A stretch of DNA of 64,000 nt from Octopus sinensis. Its lineage: Eukaryota. The notes below the pieces were generated by a model that saw only the letters and a program-made list of their open reading frames with translations, did no database searches and was not told where the DNA came from. The DNA is taken from assembly GCF_006345805.1 (NCBI RefSeq), contig NC_043002.1, forward strand, positions 103,416,001 to 103,480,000, in the 5' to 3' direction. How positions within the stretch are numbered: the first letter of the stretch is position 1; every line of letters begins with the position of its first letter. Positions 39,188 to 50,365 of the stretch are shown here, one piece after another. A program made the position numbers and the translations under genes.

Positions 39188-40488
39188 TTATACAAGTTTA
39201 CCCTCCAGTACTTCTTTTGTTACATCTCTAATCAGTCTGTTCTTTAGATGTTCCTGCAGTACTTCCTCCTTCCACCCGTCTTCCCCCACTTTTGCGAAGC
39301 GAGTGGTTGCTTTTATGTCTGTAGCCTTGCTAAATAGTTGGAATTTTGAAAATTTATAGTATTTATATACCCTTTCGTTTTTTTATCAAAAGCAATGATC
39401 TTATCATTTTTTTTTAAAGACTTTTTCACATCTTGTTTTATGGGGAGGGGCTTGGCAAACTGTTTCCCAATGAAAACAGTGCCATGGGGGTAGGGCTGGG
39501 GAATTTGCTTTATGTGTGTGTCTGCGGTGCTTGCTGATTTTTTCCTTGTTTGGAGAGGGGAGTCCAGGGTGTTGTCTTTTTTTCTTTTGTGTGTCACCTG
39601 TGTAAAATCCATTTGTTCGGTACAATCCGTTTCTGTTTCTTTTCTTGTCGTCGTTTTGTTTTCTTTTTCCCCCTTCTCCCCTTCAGTGTTAGAAGCACTT
39701 TGAGGAGGGGCTTCATTGGTTTTCTTTTTTTTTAAGCAGTTCGAGCGGACGTGCCCCTTCTCGCCACATTTAAAACATCTGGGTCTGCGCCCCTCCACTG
39801 ACACTCTCATGGACGTTCCATCTTCGTTAAATATTCTATCGGGCAGGTTCTCCAATATCTTGTCTCTGCTTGAACGAGGAGTTCCAGCGTCTGTCCCTTC
39901 CAGCGTACCTCCTTTCCTTCTCATCTGCAGAATCGAAATCTCCCGCTCAACATTGTGCAGGACCGCCGCTGCTACCCACATAATATCATACCCTCTCGGT
40001 ATGTCCTCTACCAGCAGTTTAGCTGTTCGTTTTCCCATATACGAGGGTAGCAGCATGATATCATCATTTTTCAGGGTCAATGATGACACCTCTCTTGCTA
40101 CCTCAGCCGAGTCAAAATGCACTTCAACAGTAGCGCTTCGAGCACCTCGAACAACATGGCGAATTTTGTCCCACACCGGGGACAAGCACTTTTCGACAAT
40201 TTCATTCCTGACGTCCATAATTTTCTTTTCTTTGTAGCTATACACTTTGTATATCACTGTTTTTTCCTTTATTTCTTGTACCTTCGCTTGCGGCGGCACA
40301 AGTCTGATCTCGTTTCCTTCCATTTTCACCAAGTTCCTAAATTCGAACAGTTGTTCGATCTTGAATTCAACGTCCATCATGGTTCCGCCTACCGCGGCCG
40401 AAAAAGACTGTTTTGTTACTTCCGTGTCCTTTAATTCACTTGTTCCCATCGCGGGAAAATCATTCTTCGACGCCAAGTCGAAATCCAT
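39188..40488 (-). CDS. LINE ORF1 (nucleic-acid chaperone with CCHC zinc knuckle); open to 39313 as given, probably to 39188 after one frameshift
   Basis: CFKCGEKGHVRSNC knuckle; an alternative frame continues FQLFSKATDIKATTRFAKVGEDGWKEEVLQEHLKNRLIRDVTKEVLEGKLV* to 39188 (inferred). Confidence 0.85.
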
Positions 40489-41007
40489 TTCTCAAAAAAA
40501 AAAATTACCTCGAAGGTAATAACAATTTTAAATACAGAATTTTCTGCCCCGTAGGGCGAAAATTACCGTTACACAACGGGCACTGTTCAAATAACAATTA
40601 ACACAAACAACGATAAGCAAAAATTCGAACTCTCTCAACAAAAGGCAGCAAATTTCTCAAAACGCAGATGAAAAAAAAAATATAATGCCATCTGGCATGT
40701 ATGTATAATGCCCTCTATATATAAATTAATATGTTCAATAAGAAATAATTATTTTCGAAATTTTTTCTCTTATGAGGTTTTCACGCTATCTACCTGACAA
40801 TTTCTTGTTAAGTTTTCCTTATTAAGTAGTTGTCCTTAATTGCTAAATTTTTATTCCGAAAAAACTTTTCCTTTCCCGAAATGCAATTCGAAAAAAGTCT
40901 GACATTTACAGGATGTAATATATGTAAACCCACCCATGTGCTTCGTTGATGTTGATCAGTTAGCTGATCGGCTTAGCGAGGCAGGGTCGTTTATGTATGA
41001 TACATCC

Positions 41008-41055
41008 AGGCCTGCTGATGAATACGTAAGTATGAAATCACTGTGATACAGGTCT
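41008..41055 (+). ncRNA. Type I hammerhead ribozyme in right arm, predicted cleavage AUA/ after 41048
   Basis: AGGCCUG-CUGAUGA-AUAC-GUAA-GUAU-GAA-AUCA-CUG-UGAU-A/CAGGUCU: canonical core, 7-bp stem I (one G-U), GNRA-capped stem II, short stem III. Confidence 0.9.
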
Positions 41056-41261
41056 ATATTTTTTAAATGTCTTACTTTGAAAAATTGCATTCGGTGGGAT
41101 TAGTAATATTTTTGGTAGAAATGACTAATTGTCCCTCTTAGCGTGTGGCATGTATGTATAATGCCATCTGGCATGTATGTATAATGCCCTCTATATATAA
41201 TATATATATATATATAATATATATATATATTATGTATGTATATAAATATATATGTATAATG

Positions 41262-41306
<45 letters not shown>

Positions 41307-41351
41307 ATTATGTATGTTATATATATATATATGTATAATGTAAATATATAT

Positions 41352-41382
<31 letters not shown>

Positions 41383-42259
41383 GATTATGTATCTATGAAT
41401 GCACTCACAAACACATTAGAACACTATTGTTAAATTTATTTATACACGCACACACACACACATACACACACATACATACATACATATATATATATATATA
41501 TCAAGGGAAAGGGAGATGGTGTCAGAGAAAGTTATATTGATTGATTGATATGCTGAAGAATACAAATCAATAAACCCGTATAAGTTTAAATATGCATTCA
41601 CCACCGCGCACTTGCATAAAGGCATGACTGTACGTAGCTAAGTATATAGGTGAACAGGTGTATGGTAACCTTCTTCGTTGATAGTAACTAATTTTGTATA
41701 TGTTCGTAATTATGAAACAAGAAGGAAAGTAAGGAAGTAAAAATAATATCCGCTTTCAAGTCTTGCTATGTCACATGGTTTCCTGCATTTATATTGAATA
41801 AAACAAAGTTTGTTTCAATTATTTTGCAAACCCCCACCTAGACATGTATCCACTTAATACTAACAGTTAAATTATATTGAAAATTTTTTAAGGTTTCAAT
41901 GAAAACTTCATTTAATTGATTCGCTTCAGAACATCCACTACGATAGACATAGGAATATGAAACTTTAAAAATATTTGTGCATCTGTGTGTGTATTTGTGG
42001 AAACACACAAGCACAGACACTCACAGACCCTCACACATATCCACACTCACACTCACACACACACACAACACACACACACCACACACACACACACACACAC
42101 ATATATACATATATATATATATATAATATATATATATATTATATTTGTATTATATATATACAATTACACACAAAAACACTAAGAACAAAAAAAACATAGC
42201 ACCACACTTCAAACCAAAACATTACCTTTTATATCAACACACAACCCCAGAAACAGTGA

Positions 42260-42801
42260 GACATTCAACACTATTGTACAAACTCTCCCTTTACTAACTA
42301 GAGATCCAAAAATGAACATCCTGCAAACATAAACTCATCAAATGCAAAAAACAGAACAAATCGCTAAAGAGACTACTAACAAATGCGAAGCTTTGCAAAA
42401 CAACCACGAAACCAACGGTTGAAAAATGTGAACGCCCGAAATGTTGAACCAGTCCCAACCTGATTGAAGGCTCGGATTTCCTTTTCAAACAAGGACAGAG
42501 GTTCACAATTAAAACTAGTTTCACCTGTGCCTCTGAGAACTTAATTTATGTAATAACCTGCTTGAGTTGCGGTCACCAGTACATTGGACAAACGAGTTTA
42601 ACTTAGAGGAAGAGAGTTACTCTGCATAAGGAGCAAATCCGTTTTCCGCAATACAGACAAATTGCTCTCAGTGAACACATAGAAAAATGTGCAGGTAACA
42701 TCAAACCAAATTTCACAGTGTTCCCATTCTACCAGTGCAAAGACGCAATCTTCCAACTAGAACGTTTGAATAAAAAAACACGTCTTAATATGCACGCATA
42801 A
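42260..42801 (+). pseudogene. Penelope-like element remnant (linker + GIY-YIG endonuclease), family 1
   Basis: Translates ...FTCASENLIYVITCLSCGHQYIGQTSLT*RKRVTLHKEQIRFPQYRQIALSEHIEKC; contains stops. Confidence 0.85.
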
Positions 42802-43240
42802 CCAACTTTTATATTTTTACATACACCATTCACGATTACATCACTGTAGATAAATCCCCTACTAAACAAGGTTTTTTTAAAACCTGTGTTTTTTCTGTAC
42901 ACATATTTAATCCTCACCCATTACCGAAAACTGAACAGTTATCTCCCTTACACACACCAATAGCAATAATAACAACCAATTACCCCTCTTTATTTCTGTA
43001 CTTGTGAAGTCATTCACTCGTGAATTTCATCACACACATGGACCAAATTTCGTCTTAAGCAAAAGTATATATTCAAATAAATTAAACATAATATCATGAA
43101 TAGGGATATCGCAACCGGTCGATAGATTAAAAATTATATTAAAACCATGTAAGTGTACGTATTTTTCTTTTTTAATTTCTTATATACATTACAACACACC
43201 ACGTGGGGACAATCGAAATTCCTTTTTCTGTTACTACTAC

Positions 43241-43272
<32 letters not shown>

Positions 43273-43469
43273 ATATATATGTATATATACATACGTATAT
43301 ATATATATATATATTTATATATAGAGAGAGAAATAGGGAGAGGGAGAGAGAAAATTGCGGTCGTATTGACTTCGAACAGGAAACACGTCACAAGGATTTT
43401 GTACATGGGGTGGGTTGTCCTAGGGGATTTTATCCTGATTCCATGAATTGTGAATTTCTTTCCTGGCGT

Positions 43470-44290
43470 AAAATGTGACTTTATTACAGTTCTATATTTA
43501 AAATATGAGGAATTACGTACATTATTTACATTATTTATATTTGACGGATATTAGTCCTCATATTTGTTGTTAATACAACGTTTCGGCTGACTCCAGGTGA
43601 ATTGCGGAAATTTTGAACATGGGTTCTCATTCCTAAAGTATTTTTTGATATTTTAATTATTAAGGTCAGCGCCTGGAATCGAACTCGGAATCTTGGTTTA
43701 GTAGCCCGCGCTCTTAATCACTGCGCCACATGTACGTGGAGTAAATTTTAGGGCTTATAAATGTAATATTCTCCTATACCTCCTTAATACTGTTTCCAAT
43801 AGGCTGTTCATATCTGCACTCGGTCTGCTTAGGAGGTTGTTGTGTCCTAGCATTTGTGTTGCTTCTTTCCGTTTTCATAATTTTCAATAGTATTCTCTTT
43901 CTATTATTTTAACTTCATCCCACAGGTGTAGGTGGTCTCCATTTTCCATACATGATCAGCTGTACTGAATTTATCAATATCTCCCTGTGTCACAGCTTTG
44001 CGATGTTCATCGACCCTTATTTTGAGGGGCGATATATTTCGCCTTTGTATAACCTACCACAGCTGCATGGGATGGAGTACACGCAGTTCTTAGTCATATT
44101 CTCTTCTATTGGTGGTTTTACTCGAAGGAGATATTTGCGAAGTCTTGCATTTCATTTTAATTCTGTCCTGATGTAATATGGACCGCATATCTTTCGTATC
44201 TTTTCGGAGAGGCCTTTCACATAAGGTAGACAGACTGTGGACAGTGTATCGGTTTCAACCTCTCTTTTCTTCAATTTGACACATATCGCC
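43470..44290 (-). pseudogene. Penelope-like element 3' part (GIY-YIG + pLTR with tRNA-like segment), family 2
   Basis: Translates TVCLPYVKGLSEKIRKIC...KNCVYSIPCSCGRLYKGE...RVDEHRKAV...ADHVW...HLWDEVKIIERE...LLSRPS; pLTR has 'cagccgaaacgttg', a hammerhead-like 3' half lacking its core. Confidence 0.85.
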
Positions 44291-44367
44291 AAGAATAGTG
44301 TTTAGCTATGTGTTCACCATTATCACCGATAATAGCCAGTATACACATGGAATACTTTGAGAATTTG

Positions 44368-44590
44368 GCGTTATGGGGCGGCATGTTTCGCCTTTGTGTA
44401 ACTTACCACAGCTGCATGGGATGGAGTACATGTAGTGCTTGGCTATATTCTCTTCTTTTGGGGCAGACCGAGTGCAGATATTAACAGCATATGGGAACCA
44501 GTTTTAAGAAAGGATAGAAGAATATTAGATTTATAAGCCCCGCCAAGTTCACTGCATATTTGCCCACGGACATATGGCGTTGTTTCACGA
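44368..44590. mobile_element. Second family 2 Penelope fragment with internal inversion
   Basis: 44368-44460 (minus) encodes MYSIPCSCGKLHKGETCRP; 44463-44545 (plus) matches the ORF end at ~43750-43830 in opposite orientation. Confidence 0.7.
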
Positions 44591-44819
44591 AACACGTATA
44601 ATCTTATAAACGGAAAATACAGGAATCAGAATGGACATATTTAGTATAAGATTTAATTTTTAACTTTTTATGGAGTGGTGGGTATAAAACCTTTCAGTGT
44701 TGGTTGAGTTGAAGGTGGTTCTGTCTCTAAAGTACTTTTATATATACGAATTAAACATTGAGAGATGTTCACTTTAGTAAATCTAATTTGAACGTCTTTT
44801 ACCTGTGTAGTTGGAAGTA

Positions 44820-45420
44820 ATATTCACGCCACTAAAGGACATGCTCAACTTGTAAAGAATCGACAACTGACAATCAAATCTGTGATATTGAGCAGAATAT
44901 TTCCTAGAGCCCATCAGTTTTCAGATCACCATATTTGTCGACCCTTTCTCTTTCTCTCATGATATTACATTCATCTTCAGGCAATTCCTTTGGCTGTCCC
45001 TTCTGAAGGTTACTGCTTCTGGCCTTCGTTTTTTAACACCTTGTCTGTCTGGAATTCAAAGTCGCAGAAGATCTTTGCCTACCCCATTTTGTCCATTACT
45101 TTTTCTGGGGTACGATGGTACCAATCACTTGTTATCTGATTTCCATACTTCCAGCAGAGTGGTTAGTTAAGGTTCTGGCTTACCTTGTGCTTGCGCTTGT
45201 ACTCTTTTTGAGTGTGTACTCTTATTGAAGGGGTTTGTTGCACTATTGTGGCATCTGTTTTCACTGAGTTGGTGTTATCCTGGGTTTGATGATATCCGTC
45301 TTCCTTTAAAGGACACATATTTGAGCCGGGTCCATGATGCCTTTTACTCGCTTGAGATTTCCCTAGCACATTCAACTCCATTATTGGTAAATCCTTCACC
45401 TCTCTATCAAGACCCTTGTT
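44820..45420 (-). pseudogene. REL-endonuclease LINE remnant (R4/Dong- or NeSL-like)
   Basis: Fragments QKEYKRKHKV, KIFCDFEFQTDKVL, DKYGDLK in the order expected for the CCHC-REL C-terminus; heavily disrupted. Confidence 0.6.
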
Positions 45421-46087
45421 TTACTAGTGATGCACGTCCGTACGTTAATCAGGCCACTTTCACATTTACACCTTATCATATACAACCTGTGTACACTCGC
45501 TTTAGGATGGAAGGCATCCTCTTTCAGAGTGTACAATAAAAATGATCAGAAGGGGTGCTTTATAAGGGACTAGAACAATAGCCCACTTACTTTATATTGA
45601 TTCTTATTGCCTCTCTTTACTCTCCACCCCATACCGAAATCATTCCTTTAGTGTTCTGCTCTGTTCTAACCAGAAATCGCTCTAAAGGAAACAGCATGAC
45701 CCTTTTAGAATGTTGAATTCTTATTAACGTATCAACGAACCGATTGAGTGAACCTATGAACAACAAACCTGTAACGACTTCTGGAAACATCTGTAAGTGA
45801 AATTTACTGGAATAAAGAAAATTATGTAAAGAACATTATTTATGCCTTGTTATATCTATCGCTCTGTGTAAAGACCAGTACAAGTCGGGAGAAACCAAAG
45901 ATTTGCAATACAGAAGGATTGTGAAGCCTAACCTGAGAACCTGCCACAAGAATATGCGGAATTCTTTACTAATCTAAACAATATTATTAGTCTTCTGTAT
46001 TAACAGACAGTTTGTTTAGTAGAGTATTTTAGCCGGATTTATAATCCCTCATCAGTTACACTGTTTATATTTATATATATAAATATA

Positions 46088-46160
<73 letters not shown>

Positions 46161-46164
<4 letters not shown>

Positions 46165-46330
46165 TCCGTCTTCATTTTCTATTGGAATTTCATCTGTCCC
46201 CTGTTTCTGAAGAGGAGCTTTGTTCGAAACGTAAAGCCACCTTTCTGTCCTTCCCTGAGAGTCTGCTAAAACTCTACATGTACCACGTACTCGCGTTGTT
46301 GTTTCCTTTTGTGCTTGTTCTTGTTTTTTT
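46161..46330 (+). mobile_element. Penelope-like pLTR remnant with canonical minimal hammerhead (46203-46237)
   Basis: GUUU-CUGAAGA-G-GAGC-UUU-GUUC-GAAAC-GUA/AAGC. Confidence 0.75.
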
Positions 46331-46439
46331 TTGGTGGTGGTGGGTTATATATATGTGTGCCTCTTTGTGTGTATATACAAGAGATATATACATGCATATA
46401 CATATTTATATATATATATATGTGTGTGTATATATATCT

Positions 46440-46640
46440 TGTCCATTCTGTCCGAAGTCAGACGCCATGATAGATCGTTAGCTACTACACGAATTTTTTT
46501 TATCTCTCCTTTTTTCCCTCTGTAGAAGAGCGTAGGCTCGAAACGTAAAAGACTTTTTCTATTCCTGAGCACTATACTGATGCATCTGTTTGTTTGTAAA
46601 CCACCTGCCTTCGTCTTTATTTTCGTAAACTTTCCCTTTA
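46440..46640 (+). mobile_element. Penelope-like pLTR remnant, hammerhead-like motif 46516-46551 (core CUGUAGA, stem I broken)
   Basis: Homologous to 11960-12150 and 63350-63620. Confidence 0.7.
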
Positions 46641-48754
46641 TATTTATATATATGTGTGTGTGTGTATGTGTGTGTATGTGTGTGTTAAATAGATACAAAA
46701 ATACTCATGTTTAAACTGAATTTACTTCCAAGTTGAGTTAAGTACGATGAGATAACATTAACACCATATAATATCAAGGGTGTTCTGCATTTTACGAGAA
46801 AATATTAAAGCATTATTTATCAGTTATTAATATACTTTATTTTATTTTATTTATCTATTTGTTTATTTTTGCAGTTTCCATTGCTCAGCACATATTTCTT
46901 TATGGTTGCCGTCCATTTTTTCCAGCATCCTGCATATTCCATATTAACTTACCTACGCGTTATTGTTTTAGATTGTGAATGCGAAGATCTAATGAAACGA
47001 TAAATACTTAGGCAACTGTATGAATTACCATAATGTCGAAATTCACAGATACGATACTAACACCTCATTCAATCACCTTTTTCGTTTTGGAGGGAGTTAT
47101 AATGCGCTGCCATAAAAGCAGAATTTCTCTCCTGTGGACTCTTAATTACATTTATATCTTCGCGTTATATTTCATCGTTGAATCCATATTCACAGTCAGC
47201 AGGTCCACAAATGGAGAAAAATGCTGAATCAGTTTGTTTGTTTTCTATGAGTTGGCTTGTTTTATTTCATTGTAAACACAAGGATATCAAGAACAACATT
47301 AATAATAATAATAATACATAAATAAATCAAAACAAACAAATAGATAAAGCTATAAACAAATACTAGCAACAATTCCTGCCAGAGCGATAACAATGGTAGA
47401 AATAGCAACGAACTTTTATAAACCAATAAATAATCTCGCTATACGTTTATGTCAAGAGTGCAAAAACACAAGTTTTCTTTGAAGCGAGACCAATGCCAAC
47501 TTCTCAAACAAAATCCAATATTAAGGACAAAACGAGTGCCAAGCTTCCTTTTGATTGCAAGTAACAATATTTCCTTTGATTATCATTTTAGATGAGATCT
47601 GAAAGGGTAACGGCTTCAGATCTTCTCATTTAAGTGTTCTTAACATTCAAAAGTATTACTTTGGCGTTAGATGAAGCCACACGATGTATAAGAGCTACAT
47701 GGTAATTACACCTGTTACCGTTTTTGGCATGTAGCATTCTCGTTCTTGAAAGCTTGCCCGGCATTCCTTATGCTTCCCCACCGCATTCATCCCCGCTACT
47801 TAAGTATATTTACATAATCATATATACAAGTATATACGAAGGCCCCTAAATACATACGATGAACTACGCTCAGGCACACGCATATTAGAGCAAACATACA
47901 CGCTCACAACTGATATAATCATATAGGCAGGCATACACATTACCTCCCTCAAAAGCACCTACATACAAATATATACACACGTACATCTATAGGCATTCAC
48001 AAAAACACTTGCACATATATTCGCACATTTAATGGATATAATCCCAATATTTATTATTTTCAATTTCATATTGATTGTAAATATTATAGAAAACCCTTTA
48101 TCATCCACAATTATGAGGGTCGTAGCGGGGCAGAGATAACAGATTTCATATACATAGGAATATATTTACATAGTTTTAGGTTGCGAACTAGAATTTAAAG
48201 CAGGAGTGACATTTATGAATATGGGATACAGGACAAAAAATTGAGTGGGGTGGGAAGCTTGATTTAAATATCGAAAGGAAAAGAAGAAAACCTGGTTTCG
48301 GATTATTTGGCGTGGTGACTTTCTACCCGAAGATGATCGACGAGAAAAGTTGTTGGAACCTTAATATAATTGTATATAGACTTAATCACGTTATATTACA
48401 TTTCCTGAAATGTGTGTGTATGTGTGTGTGTACTCTTTTACCGTTTACATGCGGCAGTACTTATTTCGCTTCTGCTGAGATGCAAAATTATGTGTATGTA
48501 AAGAAAGGAACAGCATCAACTGTCAACCAGCATTGGGGGGAACAAGCACAGGCAAGAAAGTACACTCATGCATAAATATATGCGACAGAAATTAATTTAG
48601 GCCTAATCTTCTCACAGAACTTGGGTGACACTGAACTATTGTAGAATGCAGATGTCAATGGTTTTGAAAACCAAAATAATGCAGTTGAGAAGAAAACATC
48701 TTACTACCCAACCATATGTCTGTGTGTGTGAATATCAATCAATCAATCAATCAC

Positions 48755-48803
<49 letters not shown>

Positions 48804-48865
48804 ATATATATATATACATACATACATACATACATACATACAACATACATACATACATACATACA

Positions 48866-48899
<34 letters not shown>

Positions 48900-48929
48900 C
48901 TTACATACATACACACTTGTACTTTTAAT

Positions 48930-49080
48930 CTTTATAGAAAAACAAAAGGCGAAGACAGGTGTAGGAACAACAAGCTTGTGTATTAGTTTGACGCTCAGGA
49001 AAATGAAAACGCCATTTACGTTTCGAGCCTACGACCTTCAACAGAAAGGAATAAGAGAATAGAAATAGAAACAGAGAAAG
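48930..49080 (-). mobile_element. Penelope-like pLTR remnant, hammerhead-like motif 49013-49048 (core CUGUUGA)
   Basis: Minus: CUUU-CUGUUGA-A-GGUC-GUAG-GCUC-GAAAC-GUA/AAUG. Confidence 0.65.
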
Positions 49081-49082
49081 AA

Positions 49083-49122
<40 letters not shown>

Positions 49123-49125
49123 CAT

Positions 49126-49164
<39 letters not shown>

Positions 49165-49540
49165 AAATGTGAACGACAGGCAAACAGTGGCAGAGAGGGA
49201 GATGAAAAAATGATGTGTCTGTATGCGTATGTGCATAAGTGTATGTTGAAACCGCCATCGATTCAGGAAGACTAACATTTCAATAAATTATAAATATCAC
49301 AATCTTACAAAAACTACCCGTTGATTCCTTTAAGGTGAACGTCTGCATCGTCTGTCAGGGAGAGAAGAATATAATCTCTCTGACCTTCAAAATATCCGGT
49401 AATTGTCTTAACATATCTACATTTATCCGCTTAGATCGAAATATTATGTTGCATCAACACTCTTCTTTATTTCTAAGTTCTCTCGCTTCTTATTTCATAT
49501 TTGTTTCATTATTAATATCCCCTTTATTTATTTATTTAAC

Positions 49541-49585
<45 letters not shown>

Positions 49586-50311
49586 TATTTGTTATCACTC
49601 ATTCTAGATGGAATCACAGCTGTGTAACATTTCAGCGTAGCGGGAGTCTTGTACATCCTATGTTAGCATAACTTGCAATCCTTAATTAGTCCACACTATT
49701 CCCAACACCGCTTTGGTATTTACAGCTAAATATCAAATCATATGTGAATTAATGACAACGTTTTCTACAGGAAAACAAACGGAAGATTTGAACTAAATAT
49801 AGATCCCTTTCTCTTTATCATTCTATCTTTCTTACACTCTCACTATGCTACTAAGTCTTTCGATATCTGTCTGTATGTCGGCCTCTCTGTCTGTCTATCT
49901 GTCTATCTCTCTGTCTGTCTGTGTATCTCTCTGTCTATCTAGCTATCTATTTGAATGTCTGTCTGTCTACCTGTGTATCTGTTTGTGAGTCTATTTATCT
50001 ATCGCTTTGTGTATGTCTGTGTTTGTGTGCCTGTGTGTGCACGCGCATGTTTGTGTGTTAATATGTATATGCGTGCGTGTATTGCATTGAAAAGACTACT
50101 ATTTTAGAAAATATATTTTTTTATCTTGTGTCGAACCGCTAAGTTAAATGAAGAGAAAACAAGTGAAATCCGGTCGGCAAAGGATGATGGGGACAAACGA
50201 AAAAATAAATGCACACATACACACATTTATACATATATATGCATATATATATATATATATATAATATATATATATATATATACATGCACACACACGCACA
50301 TACACACACAC

Positions 50312-50365
<54 letters not shown>

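Larger units (their letters stand above)
35394..40680 (-). mobile_element. Full-length Tx1/L1-clade non-LTR retrotransposon (~5.29 kb) with 13-bp TSD TATAATGCCATCT
   Basis: TSD at 35381-35393 and 40681-40693; 192-nt 5' UTR, ORF1, ORF2, ~250-nt 3' UTR ending AATAAAGAAATA(A). Confidence 0.9.
34532..41200. mobile_element. Composite element: Tx1/L1 LINE inside a hammerhead repeat, bracketed by 677-bp inverted arms, in (TA)n
   Basis: 34657-35333 is the reverse complement of 40524-41200 (4 differences by eye); a further 169-bp direct repeat 34532-34700 = 35008-35176; TA repeats on both outer flanks. Confidence 0.9.

Noticed and set aside
35750-40601. Plus-strand ORFs overlapping the LINE (e.g. 39716-40237, 36264-36641)
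   Set aside because: Shadow ORFs expected antisense to GC-richer coding sequence; no independent evidence.
34657-41200. DIRS-type retrotransposon (inverted terminal repeats + internal complementary region)
   Set aside because: No tyrosine recombinase or RNase H; ORF2 is APE-RT; the junction fragments are in the wrong order for a DIRS ICR; a LINE-type TSD explains the 40-bp direct repeat.
34657-41200. DNA transposon/MITE with long TIRs into whose centre the LINE inserted (Tx1C-like)
   Set aside because: Both arms include the LINE's own 5' UTR, and the TSD lies inside the arm rather than between arms. Not fully excluded without other copies.
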